DNA from: Alphaproteobacteria bacterium
GTDB taxonomy: Bacteria; Pseudomonadota; Alphaproteobacteria; Micavibrionales; UBA2020
DNA: 64,000 nt
Assembly: GCA_016794125.1 (NCBI GenBank)
Contig: JAEUKT010000002.1
Location: 719,396-783,395 of the forward strand
Direction: 5' to 3'
Within the stretch, counting starts at the first letter, position 1; each line of letters starts with the position of its first letter. Both the position numbers and the translations under genes were made by a program. Under the pieces are notes generated by a model. It worked only from the letters and a program-made list of their open reading frames with translations. It ran no database searches and was not told the origin of the DNA. Of this stretch, positions 35,158-44,765 are shown piece by piece.

Positions 35158-36110
35158 GATTTCGCCTTTATCGATATTTCCGTGACTGTGGGCAGGTGGT
35201 CGCTGCCGATCTGCGTTGCGGTGCTGAAATTATGCACGGCAATCGTACTGCTGACCAGCACATGGTCGATGGGGATGCGCAGGAAAGGCGTTGGCAGAAA
35301 CGTGGGCCAACTGGGATAAATGCCGAAACCGTCGCGGGCATTGGCGAGGTTCAACTCTTTCACCAGCTGCTTGTATGCCGTACAAAACGGCGTGGCATTG
35401 AAATCGCCGAGGATAACCAGGTTTTTGGCGGGTGCTTTCTTATACCGCTCTGCAATCAGGCGGAATTCATTGTCGCGGCGTTCGATATTTTCGGTTGGGG
35501 TGAAGGGATGGATGGAAACAAAGGTCACATCCTGCCCGCCAACCGTCACGGTGAAAACCTGCGACGGCACACCCTTGTGGTCGAAATGGATGCGCTCCGG
35601 GTTAACGAGTTTTCGTTTTGAAATAACACCCAGCCCGCGCGGGTTGCCTTTCTGCGGGTGCAGGTCCTGCCACGGATAATCTTTTTTCAGGCTTTCAAAC
35701 ATCTGCGCAAAAACAGGCGGCGTTTCGGAACTGACGACAATATCGGGCTGTTCCTTTTCGATCAGCGCTTTCAGCAAGGCCGGGTCTTTGTTGATGAACA
35801 ACACGTTCACCTGCATCAACTTCAGCGTTTCGCCCTCCGGTGCCGGTTTTGTGACCGGCAGGTATGGCAGCAGCGTATAGGATGACAGGCAGAACAGGAA
35901 TGCTAGCATCGCCAAGACCGGTTTCGGCGATTTGAACAGCAGGCCCAGCGCGAACAGCGCAACCGCGCCCAGCGCGTATTGCGTCATGAAATGGCTGGCA
36001 AGATCGGTCAGCTGGAACGGCGCGGGCATCGTCGCCGCGACCACCAGCACCGCAAACGGCGGCGTGACAAGCGATACAGGGTCGCGGAATGACGGGCGGC
36101 GTTTTTCCAT
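35154..36110 (-). CDS. Membrane-anchored EEP family protein (tandem paralog)
   Basis: Same architecture and motifs (LKLMQVNVL ; VILGDFNATP ; PIDHVL ; GSDHLP). 4-nt overlap with the downstream paralog. Confidence 0.75.
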   Translation of the reverse strand: MEKRRPSFRDPVSLVTPPFAVLVVAATMPAPFQLTDLASHFMTQYALGAVALFALGLLFKSPKPVLAMLAFLFCLSSYTLLPYLPVTKPAPEGETLKLMQVNVLFINKDPALLKALIEKEQPDIVVSSETPPVFAQMFESLKKDYPWQDLHPQKGNPRGLGVISKRKLVNPERIHFDHKGVPSQVFTVTVGGQDVTFVSIHPFTPTENIERRDNEFRLIAERYKKAPAKNLVILGDFNATPFCTAYKQLVKELNLANARDGFGIYPSWPTFLPTPFLRIPIDHVLVSSTIAVHNFSTATQIGSDHLPTVTEISIKAKS

Positions 36111-36534
36111 GGATTTTTATAGCGTTTATAACGGCACAAAAAAAGACCCGGCCTGTCGAGGGGACAAACCGGGGCAAGGAGGCCATAGTCCAAAAGAGGT
36201 CGGTGTAAAGTCGCTACATGGGCGGCGGCACCATCGCAAGGAGGAGGGGCTGCTGCACGGCGCGCGCGATTTGCGGCGCGGTCATGAAAACGGGAATGAA
36301 GGGATGGTGCGGCTTTGAAAAATAGAACCCTTTTGCGGGGGCGCGGCGGTTGCGGGCGCGGGCGGTATCAAAAGCCAATCACATCTCCATCTGTTGTTCG
36401 TAATTTCAGCGTAGGATGCCGTTTTGCGGCTGTCAAAACATTCAAATCAAGTCATTGTTTTGTATAGATATTTATATGCTCAGTTTCAGCATAAACGGTA
36501 TATAAATGCCCCATACGTGATTCGCCGCGCGCAA

Positions 36535-36577
36535 AGAAAAACGCCCTTTCCGCCGTTAAACGGAAAGGGCGTTTTTG
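36535..36577 (-). terminator. Intrinsic terminator of icd (bidirectional shape)
   Basis: 12-bp stem ACGCCCTTTCCG/CGGAAAGGGCGT flanked by an A tract and a T tract, just past the icd stop. Confidence 0.65.
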
Positions 36578-36588
36578 AAGCGCAGTAT

Positions 36589-37812
36589 TTACGCTGCTTT
36601 ACGCATCGCGACGTTCAGGTTGCTGATCAGCTTGTCCATGAACTGTTCGGTGGTCAGGTGTTTTTGATCCGGGCCGATCAGCAGCGCGAGGTCTTTGGTC
36701 ATGTCGCCTGCTTCGACCGTCGCCACGCAAACGCGTTCCAGCGTTTCGGCGAATTCCACCACATCGGGCGTGTTGTCGAACTTGCCGCGATATTTCAGAC
36801 CCTGCGTCCACGCAAAGATGGATGCGATGGGGTTGGTGGATGTCGGCTTGCCCTGCTGGTGCATGCGGTAATGGCGCGTGACCGTGCCATGCGCCGCTTC
36901 GGTTTCAACCGTCTTGCCGTCGGGCGTCAGCAGCACCGAGGTCATGAGGCCGAGCGAGCCGAAGCCCTGCGCAACGGAATCCGACTGCACGTCGCCATCG
37001 TAGTTTTTGCAGGCCCACAGGAATCCGCCTTCCCATTTCATCGCGGATGCGACCATATCGTCGATCAGGCGGTGTTCATAGGTCAGGCCGGCCTTGTCGA
37101 ACTGCGCCTTGTATTCGGTGTCGAAGATGCGCTGGAAGATATCCTTGAAATCGCCGTCATAGGCCTTCAGGATCGTGTTTTTCGTGGACATATACACGGC
37201 CATCTTGCGCTGCAGGCCATAGGTCAGGCAGGCGCGGGCGAAGCCTTCGATGGATTCCGTGGTGTTGTACATGCCCATCGCGACGCCGGGGCCGTCGAAG
37301 TTATGCACGTCCCATGTTTTCTTCTCGCCGCCGTCTGCGGGCTCGAAGGTCATGGTCAGCTTGCCTTTGCCGGGCACCTTGATGTCGGTCGCGCGGTACT
37401 GGTCGCCGAAGGCATGACGGCCGATGACGATGGGTTTCGTCCAGGTCGTCACAAGGCGCGGCACGTTCTTGCAGATGATCGGCTCGCGGAAGACGGTGCC
37501 GTTCAGGATGTTGCGGATGGTGCCGTTGGGCGATTTCCACATTTTCTTCAGCTTGAATTCCTCGACGCGCTGCTCGTCCGGGGTGATGGTCGCGCATTTG
37601 ATGCCGACGCCGTATTTCTTGATCGCGTTCGCCGCATCGACCGTGATCTTGTCGTCGGTCGCGTCGCGGTTCTGGATGCTGAGGTCGCAGGAAACAAGCT
37701 CGATATCCAGATAGGGCGTGATCATCTTTTCGATGATCATGTCCCAGATGATGCGGGTCATTTCGTCGCCGTTCATTTCGACAACGGGTGTTTTTACCTT
37801 GATCTTACTCAT
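36589..37812 (-). CDS. icd: NADP-dependent isocitrate dehydrogenase (eukaryote-like type)
   Basis: [23 protein letters not shown].. and the full-length IDH pattern. The second ATG (37812) is preferred because AAGGAG is 10 nt upstream. The alternative start is 37821. Confidence 0.9.
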   Translation of the reverse strand: MSKIKVKTPVVEMNGDEMTRIIWDMIIEKMITPYLDIELVSCDLSIQNRDATDDKITVDAANAIKKYGVGIKCATITPDEQRVEEFKLKKMWKSPNGTIRNILNGTVFREPIICKNVPRLVTTWTKPIVIGRHAFGDQYRATDIKVPGKGKLTMTFEPADGGEKKTWDVHNFDGPGVAMGMYNTTESIEGFARACLTYGLQRKMAVYMSTKNTILKAYDGDFKDIFQRIFDTEYKAQFDKAGLTYEHRLIDDMVASAMKWEGGFLWACKNYDGDVQSDSVAQGFGSLGLMTSVLLTPDGKTVETEAAHGTVTRHYRMHQQGKPTSTNPIASIFAWTQGLKYRGKFDNTPDVVEFAETLERVCVATVEAGDMTKDLALLIGPDQKHLTTEQFMDKLISNLNVAMRKAA

Positions 37813-38452
37813 TGAAGCCATGCTCCTTCTTTGGACGGGTGGATTGTGACGGTTGCGGTTTCGGTTTCTGGCCGGTGCCGCCCAGAACCTTGGGCGTATC
37901 GGCGTCGTTCAGTTTTGCGGCTTCGCGGGCGGCCTGCGCGTGTTCGCGCTCCTCCGCCAATGCCTGCTGGCGTTTCGATTTCCAGTCGTTCATGTCTTCG
38001 CGCGCGCTGCGGATATCGTCCTTCGACAGCTTGGCGTCCTTCACCAGTTTTTCGCGCGCCTTGTCCGACCATTTGCGCTCGCGGCTGGTGCCGTCATCCA
38101 TGCTCAGCGAATACCATTTGTATGCGCCCACATAATCCTTGTTGCGCTTGGCCATCGCGGCCAGGCGGATGAACGCCATGGTGTAACCCTTGCGCGCGGC
38201 GGTTTCGAACCAGTAGCGCGATTTCACCTGGTTCTTGGCAAGCCCGCCTTTGCCCTTGCCATACAGGTCGGCGATAATGAACTGCGCGCGCGTATCGCCC
38301 TGGTCGGCGAGATTCACGAGGTCTTCCATCGGATGCGGATCTTCCGGCGCCAGCTGCTTGTAGACCGGGTCTTCGTAATAGCGCACGCCGGCGGCCTGCG
38401 CGCCGCTTGCGAAAACAACCATCACGAATGTCAGAACCAGCACGCGTATCAT
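37805..38452 (-). CDS. Sel1-repeat secreted protein
   Basis: Start at 38452 ([20 protein letters not shown] signal). Sel1 repeats ([47 protein letters not shown]..). The C-terminus is basic and Pro-rich. Confidence 0.75.
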   Translation of the reverse strand: MIRVLVLTFVMVVFASGAQAAGVRYYEDPVYKQLAPEDPHPMEDLVNLADQGDTRAQFIIADLYGKGKGGLAKNQVKSRYWFETAARKGYTMAFIRLAAMAKRNKDYVGAYKWYSLSMDDGTSRERKWSDKAREKLVKDAKLSKDDIRSAREDMNDWKSKRQQALAEEREHAQAAREAAKLNDADTPKVLGGTGQKPKPQPSQSTRPKKEHGFNE

Positions 38453-38766
38453 TTTGCCTCGTCGAAAAACTGCAGCACTTCGGACAGCGAAGGGCTCTGC
38501 TTCAAAGTCTTGTTGCCCGAATACACCGCGTATTGGGACGGTTTCAGGAAACTGCGCGACGGGATTTTCGCAATCGCGTAAAGCGGCGTTTCCTTGGCCG
38601 AACGGTAAATGGAAAACAGCGCCATATCGGGCAGGCTGTCGATGGCGTAATCGCGCCACTCGCCCTTTTTCACGCGGTCGCCGTACAGGCCAAGGATCAG
38701 GCTCAGTTCCCCTTGGGAAAACTGTGCCTTGCCTTGCGAGAATTTGTCGCGAAAATAGAGGAGCAT
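38449..38766 (-). CDS. Conserved hypothetical protein (DUF2794-like guess)
   Basis: 105-aa ORF with clean coding composition. ATGA overlap with the Sel1 gene. Confidence 0.55.
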   Translation of the reverse strand: MLLYFRDKFSQGKAQFSQGELSLILGLYGDRVKKGEWRDYAIDSLPDMALFSIYRSAKETPLYAIAKIPSRSFLKPSQYAVYSGNKTLKQSPSLSEVLQFFDEAK

Positions 38767-38838
38767 TCCGTAAATCGGCTCTTGATTAACATTCGGGGCA
38801 TTCTAGGCTTAAAACAACAGGAATTAAAGGAAGAATCC

Positions 38839-39399
38839 ATGGCCAGCCAGACGACCCCCGGCGCCGATTTCGGCGCAAAACCGCATGATTTCGCCCTGAA
38901 GGGGGGGGACGGCCGCACCTATACGCTCAAAGACATCCGGACGCCCCGTGGGTTCGTCGTGATGTTCATCTGCAACCATTGCCCGTTCGTCAAGGCCATC
39001 GCGGCGCGCCTTGCCGCCGACGGCCGCGCGCTGCAAGATGCCGGGATTGGCGTGATTGCGATCATGCCGAACGATACGGTGACCCATCCCGCGGATTCAT
39101 TCGAAAATATGCAGAAATTTTCGGCGGAACACGGTTTCACCTTCCCCTATGTGATCGACGAAACACAGGCAACCGCGCGCGCCTATGGCGCGGTCTGCAC
39201 GCCCGACTTCTTCGGCTATAACGGTCATGGGGATCTGCAATATCGCGGGCGGCTGGATGCCGTGTCGCCGTCGCATCCGCCAGAGGATTCAACCGCGCGC
39301 GAATTGCTGGATGCGATGCTGGAAATTGCCGAAACGGGACGGGGCCCTGAAAAACAAATCCCGTCGATCGGTTGCGGCATCAAATGGAAATCCACGTGA
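38839..39399 (+). CDS. Thioredoxin-fold (AhpC/TSA-like) protein
   Basis: Start at the ATG at 38839 (AAGGAA upstream). FVVMFICNHCPFVKA motif and redoxin-like length. Confidence 0.7.
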   Translation: MASQTTPGADFGAKPHDFALKGGDGRTYTLKDIRTPRGFVVMFICNHCPFVKAIAARLAADGRALQDAGIGVIAIMPNDTVTHPADSFENMQKFSAEHGFTFPYVIDETQATARAYGAVCTPDFFGYNGHGDLQYRGRLDAVSPSHPPEDSTARELLDAMLEIAETGRGPEKQIPSIGCGIKWKST

Positions 39400-40025
39400 A
39401 TATCGCACTACGTAACAAACGTAACGTAACGCGTGCATAACATTTCGTGACATTTCAAAACACGGCCATGTAACGAAACATCATTCTGCGACTCATGCGA
39501 AAATGTTGCGCCGCATCAGGAAATGCGGGGTTTCGTGTACCGCGCGCATGCGGATTTTAATTACAAATCACGCATCATTCTTCGCTGATAATTACAAAGC
39601 GTTGCCACGCATTTGTCTAAAATTTTAATTATCCGTCAAATCGCCAAACGTAAACCGCTGTTAACCAACCGGGGCTTATCCTGAAGATATAAGCATGAGT
39701 TCAAATCAAGGATTCAGCGATGACAGGCACAGATGCGAAGCAACCGGCCCTGAACGGGGCCGTCTCTGCACATGTTACGGGTGAAATTTGTAACGCGACC
39801 GTCACGGGTATGCCTTTGGGTATCGCCGCGCCTTGAACAGCGCGGCGATTTTCTTTGGCTGCAGCTTCGCGCAGGAAGAAAGCGGGGAAGACGCATGAAG
39901 GCACAGACGACTTACTAACGGCTCAACAAAAAAAAGAAACGAACCATGCCCGGGCGGATTTCCCCGGCCCGGGCAAAGCCGTCCCATGTCGAAAATTCAA
40001 CAACAAAAAAAGAAGAGGCACAGCC

Positions 40026-41840
40026 ATGACCACCGAAAAACTGGAAACACCGAAAAAGAAAAACAACAAACATCTGCGCAGCGGCGTCGCCATGCTGCTG
40101 GCATCCGCCGCGCTGATCAGCCTGCCGTTCCTGCAGCAATCCATGCAGGGCAGCATCAGCAACGGCAGCCTGATGAAAATCAATGCAGCGTCGCTGCAGA
40201 TGGACAGCGTGACGATTTTTGGCGACGGGGGCGGAGGCTATCGCGGCGGCGGCGCGACCACGTTCCGCGATATGTCGAGCAATATGATTACCGCCTCCAG
40301 CGGCTTCCGTAACCTGCTGCCGAATTTCACGGCTGCCCAGCAGCCCTATGTGGCACCCGTGCGGGTGCAAAACGATTACGTCGCGCCGCCCTATTATCAG
40401 GAACAGGGGCGCGACAAATCGCCTGCCTATGCCGATAATCCGGTCAAGAAAACATCGGCCGAACCTGTCTCCACTTTCTCCATCGATGTCGATACCGCAT
40501 CCTACAGCTTTATCCGAAAGGTACTGGAACAGGGGCGCCTGCCGGACAGGGATAATGTGCGAGTGGAGGAACTGATCAATTACTTCCCCTATGATTACGA
40601 GGTGCCCAAGGATGTGCGCGACCCGTTCAAGCCGACGGTCGCGGTCTATCAATCGCCGTGGAACGCAGATAAAAAACTCCTGCATATCGGCATCAAGGGC
40701 TATGAACTGCCGTACCGCCCCAAATCGAACCTTGTGTTCCTGATCGACACATCGGGGTCGATGAACACGCCAGACAAACTGCCGTTGCTGGTCAGCTCGT
40801 TCAAGCTGCTGCTGGATACGCTCGGCGACGACGATACGGTGTCGATCGTCAGCTATGCCGGCGGTGCGGGTGTCGCGCTGGAACCGACCAAGGCGGCGAA
40901 CAAGCGTAAAATCCGCGACGCGCTCGATAGTCTTTATGCCGCAGGATCGACGGCGGGCGATGCGGGGATACAGGCGGCCTACCGTCTGGCCAAGGAAAGC
41001 TTCGTGCCGGAAGGCAATAACCGCGTGATACTGGCAACCGACGGCGATTTCAATGTCGGCATCAGCAACAGCGAGGACCTGAAAAAATTCATCGCGGAAA
41101 AACGCGACGACGGCATTTTCCTGTCCGTGATGGGTTTCGGGCAGGGTAATTACCAGGACACGACGATGCAGGCGCTGGCGCAAAACGGCAACGGCAACGC
41201 GGCCTATATCGACAGCCTGAACGAGGCGCGCAAGGTATTGTCCGAAGAATCCGGATCTACCCTGTTCACGATTGCGAAAGACGTGAAGATACAGGTCGAA
41301 TTCAACCCGGCGCTGGTGCGCGATTACCGGCTGGTGGGCTATGAAACCCGACATCTGGAACGCGAAGATTTCGACAACGACAAAATCGACGCGGGTGAAA
41401 TCGGCGCGGGGCATACGGTGACGGCGATCTATGAAATCACGCCCGCCGCCGCGCCGGTCATGGCCGGCCTGCGGTACAAGCAGGAGGATTCCGAAGCGGC
41501 AGCGGCGGCGGATAATGCGTCCGGTTTCGGCAATGAAATCGCCTTCCTGAAACTGCGCTACAAACAGCCCGACGGCGACCGCAGCTTCCTGATGACGCGA
41601 CCCATCACCGGCGAGGATGAAAAGCCCTTCGCCGCGCTTTCCGACGATGTGCGGTTCGCGTCGGCGGTGGCGGGCTTCGGCCAGTTGCTGCGCCGCGGTC
41701 GCGATACCGGCAGCCTTGACTGGGACAGCGTCATCGACATGGCGAAAAACGCGCGCGGCGACGATCCCTATGGGTACCGCGTCGAATTCGTGAATTTGGT
41801 CAAACTGGCAAAAACAACGGGAAGGAGTGATGGACGATAG
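40026..41840 (+). CDS. von Willebrand factor type A domain protein (YfbK-like)
   Basis: N-terminal anchor; VSTFSIDVDTASYSFIR..VRVEELINYFPYDY; VWA MIDAS motif NLVFLIDTSGSM. Start at the ATG at 40026. Confidence 0.85.
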   Translation: MTTEKLETPKKKNNKHLRSGVAMLLASAALISLPFLQQSMQGSISNGSLMKINAASLQMDSVTIFGDGGGGYRGGGATTFRDMSSNMITASSGFRNLLPNFTAAQQPYVAPVRVQNDYVAPPYYQEQGRDKSPAYADNPVKKTSAEPVSTFSIDVDTASYSFIRKVLEQGRLPDRDNVRVEELINYFPYDYEVPKDVRDPFKPTVAVYQSPWNADKKLLHIGIKGYELPYRPKSNLVFLIDTSGSMNTPDKLPLLVSSFKLLLDTLGDDDTVSIVSYAGGAGVALEPTKAANKRKIRDALDSLYAAGSTAGDAGIQAAYRLAKESFVPEGNNRVILATDGDFNVGISNSEDLKKFIAEKRDDGIFLSVMGFGQGNYQDTTMQALAQNGNGNAAYIDSLNEARKVLSEESGSTLFTIAKDVKIQVEFNPALVRDYRLVGYETRHLEREDFDNDKIDAGEIGAGHTVTAIYEITPAAAPVMAGLRYKQEDSEAAAAADNASGFGNEIAFLKLRYKQPDGDRSFLMTRPITGEDEKPFAALSDDVRFASAVAGFGQLLRRGRDTGSLDWDSVIDMAKNARGDDPYGYRVEFVNLVKLAKTTGRSDGR

Positions 41841-41887
41841 ACCCTGACATTCTGACGGACACCTAGAAACCCCAAATGAGTGAGCCG

Positions 41888-41925
41888 TGCCGCCCCGCAC
41901 GGCTCACTTTCTTTTAATATTATGG
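41888..41925 (+). terminator. Intrinsic terminator
   Basis: 11-bp stem GTGAGCCGTGC/GCACGGCTCAC with a 6-nt loop, followed by TTTCTTTT. Confidence 0.7.
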
Positions 41926-42004
41926 GTATTATTTGGGCTATTTGAGCCATCGCCATACTATGGTAAAAATCCAGCCAGCCCAACACCATCATTTGAGTCG
42001 CAAA

Positions 42005-43174
42005 ATGTCCGAATGGGACGAGCTTGAACCGCATGAAAAACGCTACAAGCTGGCGCAGGATCCTGCCGCCGCCGCGCGCATCGTTGCGGCCGACAAAAAA
42101 ATGATCGCGGCGCTGCTATCGCACCCCATAGACCTGAAAAACCTGCGCGACGCGCTGAAGGACGACGCTAATCCCGACCGCCACATCATCAACGGGTTTC
42201 CGGCCCTGCATGTGGCGATTGAAAAACATGACATCAAGGCGCTGGAAATCCTGCTGCGCTATTCCGCCAGCACCGACGACATCGACGCAGAGGGTCAGGT
42301 CGCGCTGGATGTCGCGCATCGCCGGCATTTCAAGGAAGCGGTGAAGCTGCTGGAACTGCACGGCGCGGAAACACGTCTCGCAAAGGGCGGCGAGCCCGAC
42401 CTCAGCGATATCTATGCGCCCAATTACCAGCGGCGCATCAATAACCTGCTGACCGAAATGGTGCGCAAGGGCACGCCGGAGCAGGTGCAGCAGATGATCG
42501 ATCTGGGCGCTCAGGTGAACCATATCGACCCGCATTCCAATCCCGGCTTCCCCGCGCTGCATCACGCGGCCTGCTTGTGCGATGTCGAGAAAGTGAAAAT
42601 CCTGCTGGCGAACGGCGCAGACCCTTTGCAAAAATCCACGCGCGGCCATGACGTGACCGACACGATGTGGCAGGCGCGGGTTGAAAACCTTTACAGCGGC
42701 AAATGGCTGGAAATCCATGATCTGGTGCGCAAGGCGGGTTACACGAACCTGTTCGACCGTCACCCGCTGCAGCTGGATGCGAACGACTTGCGGCAGAAAG
42801 TCGTCATCAGCGGCAAGGAAGACCCGACGCTGATGCAATACCTTGTCGATAACAAACAGGCCGACAGGGTGCTGGAAATCCTTGCCCGCGACGCATCCGC
42901 GCCGCTGACCGCGCAGGAACTGACGCAGCGCCAGACAGCCCCCGGCATGATGCGCAGCACGCTGCTGGAATCTTTCGGGCGCGAAGGAAAGCTCAGCCGC
43001 ATTTTCACCGCCGCCGTCTGGCAGGGCAGGGTCGATGAAATGCTGTCGCTGCGCGGCGCGGTCGAAAAAAACCCGATGTTCAAGCCGCAGGTCGATTTCG
43101 ACGCGGCGTATCACGACGTGATGGCGCAACGCCTGAAAATACTGCGCCAAAAAGCGCCGAAACTGAAATTGTAA
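42005..43174 (+). CDS. Ankyrin-repeat protein
   Basis: Several ANK units (FPALHVAIEKHDIKALEILLRYSASTDD ; FPALHHAACLCDVEKVKILLANGADP). The start is uncertain (alternatives 41933 and 41960). Tail: ..LKILRQKAPKLKL. Confidence 0.75.
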   Translation: MSEWDELEPHEKRYKLAQDPAAAARIVAADKKMIAALLSHPIDLKNLRDALKDDANPDRHIINGFPALHVAIEKHDIKALEILLRYSASTDDIDAEGQVALDVAHRRHFKEAVKLLELHGAETRLAKGGEPDLSDIYAPNYQRRINNLLTEMVRKGTPEQVQQMIDLGAQVNHIDPHSNPGFPALHHAACLCDVEKVKILLANGADPLQKSTRGHDVTDTMWQARVENLYSGKWLEIHDLVRKAGYTNLFDRHPLQLDANDLRQKVVISGKEDPTLMQYLVDNKQADRVLEILARDASAPLTAQELTQRQTAPGMMRSTLLESFGREGKLSRIFTAAVWQGRVDEMLSLRGAVEKNPMFKPQVDFDAAYHDVMAQRLKILRQKAPKLKL

Positions 43175-43190
43175 AGGGAGATGCAGCAAC

Positions 43191-43895
43191 ATGGCTTCCG
43201 CAAAACAGATTGATAAAGCAGTCAGCGAACGCGATATCGCGGCGCTGGAAAAATATATCGACGCGGGCGCGGATGTGAACCGCCGCGATGCGGACGGCAA
43301 CACGCTGCTGCATCACGCCGCGCGTTTCGGCGCGCTGGAACTGGTCGAAAAACTGGTCGCGAAGGGCGCGAAAACCTTCACGCATAACAACGACGGCGAA
43401 AGCCCGTGGGATACCGCCGTGATCTGGGGGCAGGACGCGGTCGCGTCGCGGCTGCAGGACGCCCTGCGCGCGGAAATGAAGGCGGCGGCGGAAATCGAAA
43501 AAATTTCCTATACCTCGTTGCAGCAGATCCGCGACGCATCGTCGAAAAACGGCGCGAGCGAATTCCACGCGCTTGCATCCAAAGGCCTGTTCGCACAAGT
43601 GATCGCGATTGCCGAAAAAGACGGCGGTTTTTGCGCCGCCGACCTGCTGGAAAAAGGCCGCGATGGCACGACCGTTATTCTGAAACTTGCGCAGCAGGGC
43701 AGCCTTGGCAGTCTGCTGAAGCCCGCGCTGTGGAGCGCGCGCCCGAATGATTTTCAGAATGTGTGGCTGAACGTGCCGAAAAATTACCGCGACGGCCACG
43801 ATTACGACGGCTTTGTCAGCGGTTTGCGTCAGGCAAAATTGCAGTCTTATGCGAAACCGAAACTGCCGGGCCTGGGGCGCGGTCCGAAACTGTAA
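43191..43895 (+). CDS. Ankyrin-repeat protein
   Basis: ANK units (GNTLLHHAARFGALELVEKLVAKGAK). AGGGAG upstream of the ATG. Tail: ..SYAKPKLPGLGRGPKL. Confidence 0.8.
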   Translation: MASAKQIDKAVSERDIAALEKYIDAGADVNRRDADGNTLLHHAARFGALELVEKLVAKGAKTFTHNNDGESPWDTAVIWGQDAVASRLQDALRAEMKAAAEIEKISYTSLQQIRDASSKNGASEFHALASKGLFAQVIAIAEKDGGFCAADLLEKGRDGTTVILKLAQQGSLGSLLKPALWSARPNDFQNVWLNVPKNYRDGHDYDGFVSGLRQAKLQSYAKPKLPGLGRGPKL

Positions 43896-43977
43896 TACGC
43901 AACTTTCTGCCCCGTTCAAGATATTGCCAAGGGTGCCGCCGCTTCCTACGATAGATGCAGATCGGAGTAAGCAGCAC

Positions 43978-44733
43978 ATGACACTCACGAAATCGCAGAA
44001 ACTACTTTTCAATGCCGTCCGCACCGGCAGCCTCGCGCAGGTCAAGGCGCAGCTCAAGAAAACAGGCAATATCGATTTCGAGGGCGATTACGGCCGCACC
44101 CCGCTGGAGGAAGCGATTTTCCACGGCAAGGTCTCGATCGTGAAGGCGCTGGTCGAAAGCGGCGCCGATGTGAACCGCGTGAACGACAACGGCCAGACGC
44201 CGCTCGACTACGCGAAATTCCACAAGGAAACCAAAATCGCCACCTACCTGAAATCCGAAGGCGCGGAAAAGGCCGACGATATCGCATCGCGCCAGCGTTA
44301 CAGCCGCTACGCCGAATATGACGATGACGATAATTACTTCTTCAATTCCTACGGCGACGATGACGATGATTTCAAATCGAACGCCCGCGCGCCCAAACGC
44401 AGCGCCGCGAAAAAATCAAAACCGAAAACCGCCACCGCCAAAAAATTCACGACTGCCGCAGAAGGCGGCGTGGAGCTGCCGACCGAACCTGTAAAACCGA
44501 AATTCACCGAAGAATCGCTGAAGGATATCTTCAACGCGAAAAACTGGGTCGGCAAGACGGACGACATGGAAAAGCTGTGGACCGATGTGCCGGAAAAGCT
44601 GCAAAAGAAATTCGATTTCGACGCCGCCTTCGCCGAAGCCAAACGCGAAACCCTGAAACAAAACGCGCCCCATGCGCCTACGCTCAAGAAAACGCTGACA
44701 CCGCCGCCGCAAAACACGCCGCCGGCGGTTTAG
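43978..44733 (+). CDS. Ankyrin-repeat protein with acidic and Lys-rich C-terminal half
   Basis: Start at the ATG at 43978 (GGAG 10 nt upstream). ANK units (GRTPLEEAIFHGKVSIVKALVESGADVN..GQTPLDYA). A poly-Asp stretch is followed by RAPKRSAAKKSKPKTATAKK. Confidence 0.8.
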   Translation: MTLTKSQKLLFNAVRTGSLAQVKAQLKKTGNIDFEGDYGRTPLEEAIFHGKVSIVKALVESGADVNRVNDNGQTPLDYAKFHKETKIATYLKSEGAEKADDIASRQRYSRYAEYDDDDNYFFNSYGDDDDDFKSNARAPKRSAAKKSKPKTATAKKFTTAAEGGVELPTEPVKPKFTEESLKDIFNAKNWVGKTDDMEKLWTDVPEKLQKKFDFDAAFAEAKRETLKQNAPHAPTLKKTLTPPPQNTPPAV

Positions 44734-44765
44734 TCGGGTTGAAGTTACTTCTCAACAGGGAATAA

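Noticed and set aside
39787-39797. The 11-mer TTTGTAACGCG is shared between the 39.8-kb and 60.68-kb intergenic regions, and might be a common regulatory motif.
   Set aside because: In 64 kb, counting both strands, many exact 11-mer coincidences are expected by chance (order of hundreds of pairs). Two occurrences are no evidence of a motif.
39915-41900. A 661-aa ORF on the minus strand, one of many similar very long ORFs (for example 16527-18479 +, 2524-3888 -, 36424-37815 +, 8477-9934 -, 10013-11272 -, 20886-22442 -, 60743-62275 +).
   Set aside because: Each is the antisense shadow of a gene with clear family signatures on the other strand (VWA, flgK, dotB, icd, the paralogs, Sel1, the HD-like gene). 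Their translations are Arg/Gly/His/Ala-rich low-complexity strings, typical of non-coding frames in GC-rich DNA.
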